Below are positions 56,270-64,000 of a DNA stretch of 64,000 bases, one piece after another; the first letter of the stretch is position 1, and every line of letters begins with the position of its first letter. The notes under the pieces are model-generated. The model made no database searches. It was given only the letters and a program-made list of their open reading frames with translations, and was not told where the DNA came from. Made by a program: the position numbers and the translations under genes. The DNA is from Tepidiformaceae bacterium (GTDB taxonomy: Bacteria > Chloroflexota > Dehalococcoidia > Tepidiformales > Tepidiformaceae). The stretch lies in assembly GCA_041488155.1 (NCBI GenBank), contig JBGPOS010000007.1:11107-75106 (forward strand), written 5' to 3'.

Positions 56270-57105
56270 TCGTCGACACGCACGTCCACGTGGTCGCCGC
56301 GGACACGCACCGTTACCCGCTTAGCCCGGCTGCCGGATTCCGGTCTACCGGCCTTCGCCCGTGGCAACTGGAGACTCCGGTCACGACCGAAGAGCTGCTC
56401 GCCACGACTGAGGCTGCGGGCGTGAACCGCGCGATCGTCGTGCAGCCGTTCTCCGCCTACGGCTACGACAACGCCTACCACGCGGACAGCGCCGCGCGTT
56501 TTCCCGAACGGCTCGCAGGGGTCTGCGCGGTCGACCCGCTGGCGAAGGACGCCGCGGACACCCTCGGCTACTGGGTCGAGAACCGCGGGATTGCCGGCTT
56601 GCGCTTCACCACCCACACGGCAGGCAGCCGATTCGATGACCCGCGGGCCAACCCGCTCTGGGACCGCGTGACCGCCCTTGGGATCCCGGTCTGCGTGCTG
56701 ACGACGCCATCGCATTTCGAGGAGGTACGTGCGATGGCGATGCGTTTTCCGGCGGCGCCGATCGCCCTCGACCACGCAGGCGGCATCGGCGCCGGGGAAT
56801 CGGAGGCAGCAGTCGAGGCGCTGGCGAACCTGGCCGAACTGCCCAACCTCTATCTGAAGGTTTCGACGGTCAACTTTGCGCCGCTGAGCGCATTGGGCGA
56901 GCCGGGGCTCGATGGGTGGCGTCGAATCGTTGCCCGGTTCGGGCCCGAACGCCTGATGTGGGGCTCTAACTACCCGGTTTCGCAGGAAGGCAGCTACGCG
57001 GACATGGTTGACCTCGGCCGCCAGTCGCTACCATTTCTGTCCGAGGGCGACCGGCAGTGGTTGCTTGCAGGCACCGCGCAGAGCCTCTGGCCTCAGCTGC
57101 GGTGA
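56266..57105 (+). CDS. Amidohydrolase-2 family metal-dependent hydrolase
   Basis: ATGA overlap with the previous gene. MIVDTHVHVV...LDHAGG...WGSNYP motifs. Confidence 0.85.
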   Translation: MIVDTHVHVVAADTHRYPLSPAAGFRSTGLRPWQLETPVTTEELLATTEAAGVNRAIVVQPFSAYGYDNAYHADSAARFPERLAGVCAVDPLAKDAADTLGYWVENRGIAGLRFTTHTAGSRFDDPRANPLWDRVTALGIPVCVLTTPSHFEEVRAMAMRFPAAPIALDHAGGIGAGESEAAVEALANLAELPNLYLKVSTVNFAPLSALGEPGLDGWRRIVARFGPERLMWGSNYPVSQEGSYADMVDLGRQSLPFLSEGDRQWLLAGTAQSLWPQLR

Positions 57106-57272
57106 CGACGCGAGCGGCGGCGACGAGGCGACCAAGGATAGATGCGACCGACGAAACGCGCTCTTAACGCTGAAGCAAAGTGGCGGAAACGGCGCGTCGA
57201 TAGGCTCGCAATCAACCACCGTCGTTCTGAATTAGCTGAGTCTGCCAGGGTCAGGCGGAGGTGACGAACCGT

Positions 57273-57770
57273 ATGGCGACGATTGTGAGAGCCGCGACGC
57301 AGGCCGACGTGCGGCGTCTCAACGAAATCTACAACCACTACATCGTGCATACGCCGATCACGTTCGACATCGAGCCGTTCTCGCTGGATCAGCGGTTGGA
57401 TTGGTTTTCGCACTACCAGGAGACGGGACCCCATCGTGTGCTCGTGGCGGAGGCCGACGGCCAGGTGCTCGGCTCGGCCTGGAGCAGCCAGTTTCGGACG
57501 AAGCGGGCGTACGAGACCACCGTGGAAACGAGTGTCTATTGTGCGCCGGAGGCGACAGGCCGTGGCCTGGGCAAGCTGCTCTACACTGCTCTGTTCGACG
57601 CACTCGGGCGGGAGGGGCTCCACCGCGCGGTCGCTGGCGTCACTCTCCCGAACGAGGCTTCTGTGCGGCTCCACCTGGGGTTCGGGTTCAGCCAGATCGG
57701 GCTCTTTTCGCAGGTGGGCCGCAAGTTCGGGAAGTTCTGGGACGTAGCCTGGTTCGAGAAGCCGCTCTGA
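57273..57770 (+). CDS. GNAT acetyltransferase, phosphinothricin-acetyltransferase-like
   Basis: IVRAATQADVRRLNEIYNHYIVHTPITFD...TSVYCAPEATGRGLGKLLY...GRKFGKFWDVAWFEKPL. ATG 57273 lies 12 nt after GGAGG. Confidence 0.85.
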   Translation: MATIVRAATQADVRRLNEIYNHYIVHTPITFDIEPFSLDQRLDWFSHYQETGPHRVLVAEADGQVLGSAWSSQFRTKRAYETTVETSVYCAPEATGRGLGKLLYTALFDALGREGLHRAVAGVTLPNEASVRLHLGFGFSQIGLFSQVGRKFGKFWDVAWFEKPL

Positions 57771-57824
57771 GCGGAAGTCGCTTTATCTGTGGCGCGCCTG
57801 CTTGACCGGCCGAAGAGGGGCGTC

Positions 57825-57892
57825 GTAGCCTCGAGCCAACCTCGTCGCGATAGACAGCGGTGGCTTTGGTCACCGCCGATGTCCGGCGAGGC
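57825..57892 (+). repeat. Structured repeat copy A (68 nt)
   Basis: Imperfect direct repeat of 57966-58033. Folds as outer helix CCUCGUCG/CGGCGAGG and inner hairpin GCGGUGGC-UUUG-GUCACCGC. Confidence 0.7.
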
Positions 57893-57965
57893 CCCTGAAT
57901 AGTTCGAGTCGGCCGAGCCGGGGAAGCCCGGCACTCCGCACCTTGACGGGCGGCTTGCGAGGGAC

Positions 57966-58033
57966 GTAGCCTGCGGGCAACCTCGTCGCGATAGACCCCG
58001 GTGGCTTCGGTCGCCGCCGATGTCCGGCGAGGC
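57966..58033 (+). repeat. Structured repeat copy B (68 nt)
   Basis: Same architecture as copy A, 141 nt downstream. Inner hairpin CGGUGGC-UUCG-GUCGCCG. A stem-position difference relative to A (A to G) keeps the pair (U-A becomes U-G). Confidence 0.7.
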
Positions 58034-58060
58034 TGTTCCAGGGCTCGAATGGATGCCGGG

Positions 58061-58116
58061 ACGCCCGGTGTCGGTCTTGTTGCTCCTCCGCGAGCAAAGA
58101 GACGGACACCGGGCGT
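58061..58116 (+). terminator. Long hairpin followed by a U-rich tract, directly upstream of the HEAT-gene RBS (terminator or attenuator-like)
   Basis: ACGCCCGGTGTC (58061-58072) pairs perfectly with GACACCGGGCGT (58105-58116). An inner helix TTGCTC/GAGCAA is present. TTTCAAGTTTCAGGAGG and ATG 58139 follow. Confidence 0.5.
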
Positions 58117-58138
58117 TTCAAGTTTCAGGAGGTTTAGG

Positions 58139-58693
58139 ATGCCCGCACCCACTCCGTACACCGAACTGGTCGAACGGCTAGGCCACGCCGACAAGGACGA
58201 GCGCTGGAAGGCGGTCGCTGACCTGCGGGCCCTCGGCGACGACGCAGTGCCCGCAGTCATGGAAGGTCTTTCGCATCCCGACTGGCGCGTGCGGCGAGGG
58301 TGCGCCATCTTCGCCGACCACCATCCCGATCCGGCCTTGCTCCAACGCCTCAAGCTGACGTTGCACGATCCGAAGGCGAAGGTGCGAATGTGGGCAGTCC
58401 ACTCTCTCTCGTGCGAACCATGTAAGCCCGGCGGGAACCCTGTCGACCCCGTCCCGGCGGTGATCAAGACGCTCCTTGAAGACAAGTCTCCTCGCGTGCG
58501 CCGGACAGCGGCCAGCATGCTCGCCTTCCAGCCAGCCGAACTGCGAGTGACGCGCGCCCTCCGCCGGGCGCTTCAGTCCGAGACCGACGAGCGGGTACGG
58601 GGCTTCATCCGTTGGGGAATCGGAAGGGCCACCGAGGCAGCGACGCATTCGCCGTCTTCTATCCGGGACCAGACGCAGCCCAGAGAAGGCTAG
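58139..58693 (+). CDS. HEAT-repeat (PBS-lyase-like) protein
   Basis: AGGAGG lies 7 nt upstream of the ATG. Repeated ...D.RWKAVADLRALGDDAVPAV...HPDWRVRRGCA...DPKAKVRMWAVHSL...DKSPRVRRTAASML units. Confidence 0.75.
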   Translation: MPAPTPYTELVERLGHADKDERWKAVADLRALGDDAVPAVMEGLSHPDWRVRRGCAIFADHHPDPALLQRLKLTLHDPKAKVRMWAVHSLSCEPCKPGGNPVDPVPAVIKTLLEDKSPRVRRTAASMLAFQPAELRVTRALRRALQSETDERVRGFIRWGIGRATEAATHSPSSIRDQTQPREG

Positions 58694-61152
58694 GTCAGGA
58701 CACCGGCCGCAGCGTATTCGGAGATCTCTTCATCGGCGAGGCCGAGCAGATCGTGCAGCACCTCGTGCGTGTGCTCTCCAAGGCAGGGCCCAGCCGTGAG
58801 CTTCGCGGGAGTGTCCGAGAAGAGGGTCACAGGGCCATCGTAGGGCGTCAGTCCCATGACCCCGTGCTGGCACGGCACGAAGAATCCGCGGTGCGCGAGC
58901 TGGGGATCGCGGTGGAGGTCCGAGGGCCGCTGGACCACCGCTGCGGGGACGCTGGCCGCTGCCAAGCGCTCGACGAGTTCAAAGGCGCCCTGGTCACGGC
59001 ACCAATCGGCGAGCGCGGTGTCTATCTCCGCGTCGTGTAACAGGCGTTCGGCAAGATTGGCGCGCTCCCAACCTTTGAACCGCACGCCTGGCGCCTCCGC
59101 GCAGAGGGCACGCCACTGTTCCAAGGATTCGGCGGCGATAGCGACGTATCGCTCCTTGCCTTCGGCTCCGTAGACGCCGTGGGGGCAGGCACGGTCGGAG
59201 GAGTGGCCGGCGGCCTCGTGCGTCCGGCCGTTCACGGTGTAATCGAGGACCAGCGGCTCGGCGAAATGAATGGCCGCTTCCACCTGGCCGAGATCGATGT
59301 GTTGACCCAGCCCGGTGCGGCTCCTTTCGAACAGGGCAGCGGTCAGCGCGGCCACTCCGTAGCGCGGGGCGATGAAGTCGGTGTAAGCGCCCCATGTGCC
59401 CCTGGACGGACGGTCCGGCCAGCCCGTGAGACCGTGGAGGCCCGACAGGGCGGCGCCCTGCGTCCCGAATCCGCGGTAGGTTGCGTACGGGCCGGTCTGG
59501 CCGCAGATGCAGGTGCTAAGCATCACGAGGTCGGGCCGATCGCGCGCGATCTCCTCGTAGCCAAAGCCGAACTGAGCGAGGACCCCGGGGGTGAAGCTCT
59601 CGAGGACGACGTCTGACCAGGCGATGAGCCTGCGGGCCAACTGCTGGCCCCCCGGCAGCGCCAGGTTGAGCGCCAGGCCGAGCTTCGAGCTATTGAAGTT
59701 CGCCTGGAATTGGGAACGATCGATCCCGGGCTCGCCGTCCTTGAAGGGCGGGCCGAGCCGCAGGACATCCGGACGGGTAGCGCTTTCGACGTGGACCACG
59801 GTGGCGCCGTGGTCCGCGAGGGCCTTCGAAATCAAGGGGCCCACGCCTACCCAGGCGAAGTCCGCGACCTTGAGTCCGTCGAAGGCGCGGGACCCCGGCT
59901 TGCGGCGGCGACTCGATCGGAGAGGCGAAAGTCGAACGGCCGTCAGCAAGTCCTGATCCGCGCCGAGTGCTGGGGCAGGGGCGCGCAGCTTCATTGGAGT
60001 TCGACTCAAGCGCGCGGCCACTCCCGGGTGGCAACGACCGCCGACGCTCTCCCAGTACTGTCTCGCCTGTAGTTGGGGGTCGCGGAGAAGCTCGTCGATG
60101 GATCGGATCGGCGCTATGAGGAGCTTGTGCTCGACGGCCCGGCGCATGATCTGTTCCTTGGTCAGGCTGAGGAAGTAGCGCGCAATTTCGTCACGGGCAG
60201 TGATGAGGAGTTCGGGGGCAACCTGGCCGGGGGTCATTGTCTCCACCCAACTGGCCCAGCCTGACTCCGCAAGCTCCGGCGCCAACCTCCCCTCCGCCTC
60301 TATCAGGTGCACGAGGTTGGCGAGCGTCCGGCCGCCGAGGCCAGCGATCGTGACCGACATCTGGACGTAACCGTCGGAGCAGGGCCAGAGGTTCGGGAGG
60401 GCCACGCCGGGGACGAGCTCGGTCGGAGGTTCGGCCCGGGCCTCGCCGGTCTTCGGCGGATCGCCCCCGGTGTTCGGGGGATAGCCGGTGGCGTTCATGA
60501 GCGTCCAGACCATCGCGGCCTGCATCGAGACGTCGAGATGTTGCCCCCGGCCGGAACGCTGGCGTTCGTTGAGCGCGATGATCGTGTCGGCGGCTGCCTG
60601 GATGCCAGCGTGAAACGCCGCCTGCGGGTGGCCCACCGGCACAGGCGGCCGGTCGGAGTCGCCCTGGAGGCCGAGCAAGCCGCCAGCCGCTTCGATCGTG
60701 AGATCGGTGGCCGGGCGAAGAGCGTGCGGGCCGTCCTGCCCGTAGGGAGTCACCGATACGTAGATCAGGCGGGGGTTCAGCTTCTTCAGTGCCGGAAAGC
60801 CGAGCTTCATGTTCCCCATCGTGCCGGGGTCGAATGACTCGATGAGCACGTCCGCCGAAACGGCAAGGCGACGCAATTCGGCGTGGCCGGCCTCGGTCTG
60901 CAGATCGACGACGACGCTTCTCTTGCCGAGGGCCACGGCCGCCCAATAGAGCGAGCCGTTGGGGTCGCCTTCGCGCCCTTTGGTGAACGGAGGGAGGAAG
61001 CGAGCCGCGGCGCCAGCGGTTGGCTCGACTTTGACTACATCTGCGCCAAGATCCGCGAGGAGACGGCCTGCAAGTTCCGCTCGCTCCGTTGCCAGGTCCA
61101 GAACACGGACTCCCGCCAGCGGACCCTCGCTTTCGCCGGGCAGGTCGGTCAT
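58690..61152 (-). CDS. Fusion of two family III (CaiB/BaiF) CoA-transferase modules (820 aa)
   Basis: LAGVRVLDLATERAELAGRLLADLGADVVKVEP near the N-terminus and LKVADFAWVGVGPLISKALADHGATVVHVES near residue 410. Each is followed by a full-length module. Confidence 0.88.
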   Translation of the reverse strand: MTDLPGESEGPLAGVRVLDLATERAELAGRLLADLGADVVKVEPTAGAAARFLPPFTKGREGDPNGSLYWAAVALGKRSVVVDLQTEAGHAELRRLAVSADVLIESFDPGTMGNMKLGFPALKKLNPRLIYVSVTPYGQDGPHALRPATDLTIEAAGGLLGLQGDSDRPPVPVGHPQAAFHAGIQAAADTIIALNERQRSGRGQHLDVSMQAAMVWTLMNATGYPPNTGGDPPKTGEARAEPPTELVPGVALPNLWPCSDGYVQMSVTIAGLGGRTLANLVHLIEAEGRLAPELAESGWASWVETMTPGQVAPELLITARDEIARYFLSLTKEQIMRRAVEHKLLIAPIRSIDELLRDPQLQARQYWESVGGRCHPGVAARLSRTPMKLRAPAPALGADQDLLTAVRLSPLRSSRRRKPGSRAFDGLKVADFAWVGVGPLISKALADHGATVVHVESATRPDVLRLGPPFKDGEPGIDRSQFQANFNSSKLGLALNLALPGGQQLARRLIAWSDVVLESFTPGVLAQFGFGYEEIARDRPDLVMLSTCICGQTGPYATYRGFGTQGAALSGLHGLTGWPDRPSRGTWGAYTDFIAPRYGVAALTAALFERSRTGLGQHIDLGQVEAAIHFAEPLVLDYTVNGRTHEAAGHSSDRACPHGVYGAEGKERYVAIAAESLEQWRALCAEAPGVRFKGWERANLAERLLHDAEIDTALADWCRDQGAFELVERLAAASVPAAVVQRPSDLHRDPQLAHRGFFVPCQHGVMGLTPYDGPVTLFSDTPAKLTAGPCLGEHTHEVLHDLLGLADEEISEYAAAGVLT

Positions 61153-61201
61153 TGCTGGCGCACTCTACCGGATCGGGGGCCTGCGCCGCATGGGGCCGGA
61201 C

Positions 61202-62407
61202 TCAGCCCCTCGGCAGCCCGAGGCCACGCGTGGCGATCACGTTGCGTTGCACCTCGGAGGTGCCTCCGCGAATCGTCGCGGGGACCATGCCGATGTACTG
61301 CCGTGCAAACGACGACTCGTCACTCCCGCGCATGATGTTGCCCTTGAGCCCAACCGCCTGCATGGCAGTTTGGGCGAGGCGCTGCGACAGTTCCGAGTTG
61401 TAAAGCTTCGACATCGAGGCTTCGTCGTTGGGGAGCTGACCGCGGTCCTGCATCGAAATGATGCGAAGCGAGAACTGATACATCACCTCAGTCTCAATGA
61501 ATCGTTGGGCGATCTCGTGGCGGACGGGCGAGGCGTTGACGCGCCCGCGCAGATCGGGGTCATCGCGTATGACGGTCAGGAGCCGATGGAGGCTGCGTCG
61601 GGCGCCGACCGCTCCTCCGATGTTTGAGCGCTCGAAATCGAGCAGCGTCATGCCGACGTACCAGCCCCTGTTCAGTTCACCCACCAGGTTGCTCGCCGGG
61701 ACACGGACGTCTTCGAAGAACACCTCGTTGAAGTAGTGCCGTCCGCCCATGTCGACGAGAGGGCGGACGGTGATCCCCGGGGTCTTGATGTCCTCTATCA
61801 GGAGAAAGGAGATACCGCGATGCTTCGGCGCCTCAGGGTCGGTCCGGACGAGCGCGAAGATCGAGTCGGCCGTGTGGGCTCCAGAGGTCCAGATCTTCTG
61901 GCCGTTGAGGATGAAGTCGTCCCCGTCGCGCACCGCCCGGGTCTGGAGAGAGGCGAGGTCTGAACCGGCGCCGGGTTCGGAGTAGCCCTGCGCCCAGGTG
62001 ACTTCGCCAGCCAGGATGGGCGGAAGGTACCTGGCGCGCTGCTCGCCGGTCCCGTGGAGGATGAGGGTTGGCCCGAGCAGGGAGACCCCGGACCCTCCGA
62101 CGTGCGGAGCGCCTGCACGTGCGAGCTCCTGGTTGAGGATGAACTGCTCCATCGGTGTGAGGCCGGCGCCGCCGTACTCTCTTGGCCAGTGGGGAGCCAC
62201 CCAGCCGCGGTCGTTAAGAGCCCGGTGCCAGTCGGCGGCAGCGGTGCGCGCGCTGGCGTCCGGGGACTTCCGGTCGAACTCCCAGATGCGTTCGCCGGGA
62301 CCACCATGCGCGGCCATCTCCTGGTAGCGCGTGGGCAGACGAGTCAGGATCAGCTCCTGAACTTCGTGCCGGAAGGCGGCCTGCGCGGGGGTGTCTGCCC
62401 AGTCCAT
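61202..62407 (-). CDS. Acyl-CoA dehydrogenase
   Basis: Three-domain ACAD layout. YSEPGAGSDL, GQKIWTSGA and the C-terminal GGTSEVQRNVIA motifs. Confidence 0.92.
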   Translation of the reverse strand: MDWADTPAQAAFRHEVQELILTRLPTRYQEMAAHGGPGERIWEFDRKSPDASARTAAADWHRALNDRGWVAPHWPREYGGAGLTPMEQFILNQELARAGAPHVGGSGVSLLGPTLILHGTGEQRARYLPPILAGEVTWAQGYSEPGAGSDLASLQTRAVRDGDDFILNGQKIWTSGAHTADSIFALVRTDPEAPKHRGISFLLIEDIKTPGITVRPLVDMGGRHYFNEVFFEDVRVPASNLVGELNRGWYVGMTLLDFERSNIGGAVGARRSLHRLLTVIRDDPDLRGRVNASPVRHEIAQRFIETEVMYQFSLRIISMQDRGQLPNDEASMSKLYNSELSQRLAQTAMQAVGLKGNIMRGSDESSFARQYIGMVPATIRGGTSEVQRNVIATRGLGLPRG

Positions 62408-62513
62408 AGGGCCTCCGTCGTCGTGCTCGGCGGCAGTATCGCACGGCCGCCGTGGCAGAGATTCCAGCGTCGAACTGCGCGGGCGCGGCGCTTCGATCGA
62501 CCGGTTGCCGCGG

Positions 62514-62543
62514 CCTTGTCACGTCGGGGCGCTCGTGACAAGG
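62514..62543. promoter_or_regulatory. Perfect 10-bp inverted repeat (operator-like or 5'-UTR hairpin)
   Basis: CCTTGTCACG-N10-CGTGACAAGG, located 39 nt upstream of the enoyl-CoA hydratase ATG in the divergent ACAD/ECH intergenic region. Confidence 0.45.
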
Positions 62544-62581
62544 TACCGCCATCGCCGCACTGGCGGCGCCGGAGGTGAGCA

Positions 62582-63373
62582 ATGGTCTACGAACAGATCC
62601 TGAGCGAGACGCGCGGACGGGTCGGGATTGTCCGCCTGAACCGGCCGGAAAAGCTAAACGCCTGGACGGGCCAGATGGGTGCCGAGATTCGCGACCAGAT
62701 GGAGCGGTGGAACGCCGATCCCGACATCGGCGCCATCTTGCTGACCGGGGAAGGACGAGCCTTCTGCGCCGGAGCCGACCTCGGCAACTTCGCTACGCGG
62801 GTCCGGGCGAATTCGGATGGCACAGGTGAACCTCTACGCCGTGGCGGGGCGGAGTTCACTCACTTCATTCGCAACTCGAAGCCGACGATCGCTGCGATCA
62901 ACGGGTACGCGGTGGGGATAGGGCTGACGATGGCCCTCCCCTGTGACGTCCGCATCGCGTCTGACAACGCTCAGCTCAGCATCCGCTTCATCAAGATGGG
63001 CCTCATCCCAGAGCTCGGGTCGACACGCCTGCTGGCGCAGCTGGTCGGGCTCGGCAACGCCACTGATATGTGCCTGACGGGACGGATGGTGTCCGCCGAG
63101 GAGGCCCTCCGGATGGGGCTGGTGAGCGCTGTGACGACGCGCGACGAGTTGTTCGATACTGCCCTTGCCAAAGCGGACGAGATCGCCACGAACCCCGCCC
63201 AGGCCGTGATGATGATCAAGGAGTTATTGGCGAAGAACCCGCTCGACGGCGACCTCGAAGCGGTGATGGAGCGCGAACTGCTCCGCGATCAAATCGCCCG
63301 CAGGCTCCCGGACCACGCCGAGGCAGTGACGGCCTTCCGCGAGAAGCGGCCACCAATCTTCAATCGGTCCTGA
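62582..63373 (+). CDS. Enoyl-CoA hydratase/isomerase (crotonase) family protein
   Basis: VGIVRLNRPEKLNAW, FCAGADL, PTIAAINGYAVGIGL and ELGSTRLL motifs. Confidence 0.92.
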   Translation: MVYEQILSETRGRVGIVRLNRPEKLNAWTGQMGAEIRDQMERWNADPDIGAILLTGEGRAFCAGADLGNFATRVRANSDGTGEPLRRGGAEFTHFIRNSKPTIAAINGYAVGIGLTMALPCDVRIASDNAQLSIRFIKMGLIPELGSTRLLAQLVGLGNATDMCLTGRMVSAEEALRMGLVSAVTTRDELFDTALAKADEIATNPAQAVMMIKELLAKNPLDGDLEAVMERELLRDQIARRLPDHAEAVTAFREKRPPIFNRS

Positions 63374-63410
63374 TCGACTCCGGCCCTGATCCGGGAGAAC
63401 CGAGGAGCCC

Positions 63411-64000
63411 TTAGACCTCCAGCGCCGCCAGCAGGAACTCCCTGTCGCCGAGAAGCGCCTCGTCGGGGGTGTACATGCGGCCGTAACGTTCGAGGTAGAT
63501 CAGCTGTTTGCCCGCCAGGAACGTCTGGCGCTGCATCTCCTGCTCGAAGTGGCCGGCAGCCATCGCCTTTCGCAGCGCTTTCGCGAGGGTGCGGTTGACC
63601 TGCCACTTTTCGCGAAGGTTGCGTTTCGGCGGCGGCTCGCCGTGGTTTACCGCCCGGGCCTGTTCGGGGCTCATGAAGATCGCCGCCATGCTCACCTCCT
63701 TCAGGGGTTTGGTGAGGACCGGCTCCATGTACATCCGCGTGAGCTCTTTCACTTCGGCGCGCGACGCCCCGAAACCTTCCTGGAGGAAGGCGCCCTGCGA
63801 CTGAATCATGTGATCGGCCACCACATCCCACGCCTCTTCCCGCCCGACACAGGTCTCCACGAGCGCCCGGAACAGGCCCTTCGTAGCCGGATCGAGGCGG
63901 GCGACGATGCCCCAGTCGAGCATCGCGAGCCGCCCATCGGGCATGAGGAACAGGTTCCCGGCATGGATGTCGGCGTGGAAGACACCCGCCCCTAGTGCCG
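63411..64000 (-). CDS. ABC1/UbiB-family atypical kinase, C-terminal part; the 5' end lies beyond the window
   Basis: The frame stays open to base 64000. ...GVFHADIHAGNLFLMPDGRLAMLDWGIVARLD is the UbiB/AarF catalytic loop region. Confidence 0.85.
   Translation of the reverse strand, partial: ALGAGVFHADIHAGNLFLMPDGRLAMLDWGIVARLDPATKGLFRALVETCVGREEAWDVVADHMIQSQGAFLQEGFGASRAEVKELTRMYMEPVLTKPLKEVSMAAIFMSPEQARAVNHGEPPPKRNLREKWQVNRTLAKALRKAMAAGHFEQEMQRQTFLAGKQLIYLERYGRMYTPDEALLGDREFLLAALEV

Noticed and set aside
57825-58033. The regularly spaced repeats as a CRISPR array.
   Set aside because: There are only two copies. The units are 68 nt long and imperfect. There are no cas genes and no short conserved repeat with variable spacers.

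Overview
Very GC-rich bacterial chromosomal segment, densely coded on both strands and mostly housekeeping or central metabolism. I cannot assign a taxon from sequence alone. Left to right: a purine block (guaA 3' end, purD, purE, purB, purC, purS) with non-purine inserts. Then a thioredoxin-fold gene interrupted by an in-frame TGA, a decayed polysaccharide locus (GT2 with an internal stop, wecB remnant), a 5'-3' exonuclease, tRNA-Val and an orphan atypical response regulator. Next come sucC without sucD, tRNA-Ser, a fused double TetR, dtd, proS, and nusA-ylxR-infB-rbfA-truB. A five-gene minus-strand cluster follows (aminotransferase, SDR, CapA, AKR, IMPase), then a 2-oxoacid dehydrogenase operon (E3, E1 alpha, E1 beta, E2) and a ChlI/MoxR-like AAA+ ATPase coupled to a GNAT. 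After divergent mobA and yqeC come DAHP synthase, thioredoxin-TPR, a cyclase-STAND-TPR giant, a diiron desaturase-like gene with cfa, and tRNA-Gly with a duplicated 3' end. The window ends with CMD, dehydrogenase and amidohydrolase genes, a HEAT-repeat gene behind a structured repeat leader, a double CaiB CoA-transferase, ACAD, ECH and a partial UbiB kinase. Most interesting: (1) a candidate selenoprotein with motif W-A-x-x-U-G-C and a SECIS-like hairpin, in a window that also carries the selenium-cofactor marker yqeC; (2) two tandem 68-nt structured repeats with compensatory changes, followed by a strong hairpin and U-tract in front of the HEAT gene; (3) a 740-bp islet bounded by a 20-nt repeat of the tRNA-Gly 3' end. 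No CRISPR array, rRNA or intact mobile element was seen. Many very long ORFs in the track are antisense artefacts of the high GC content.
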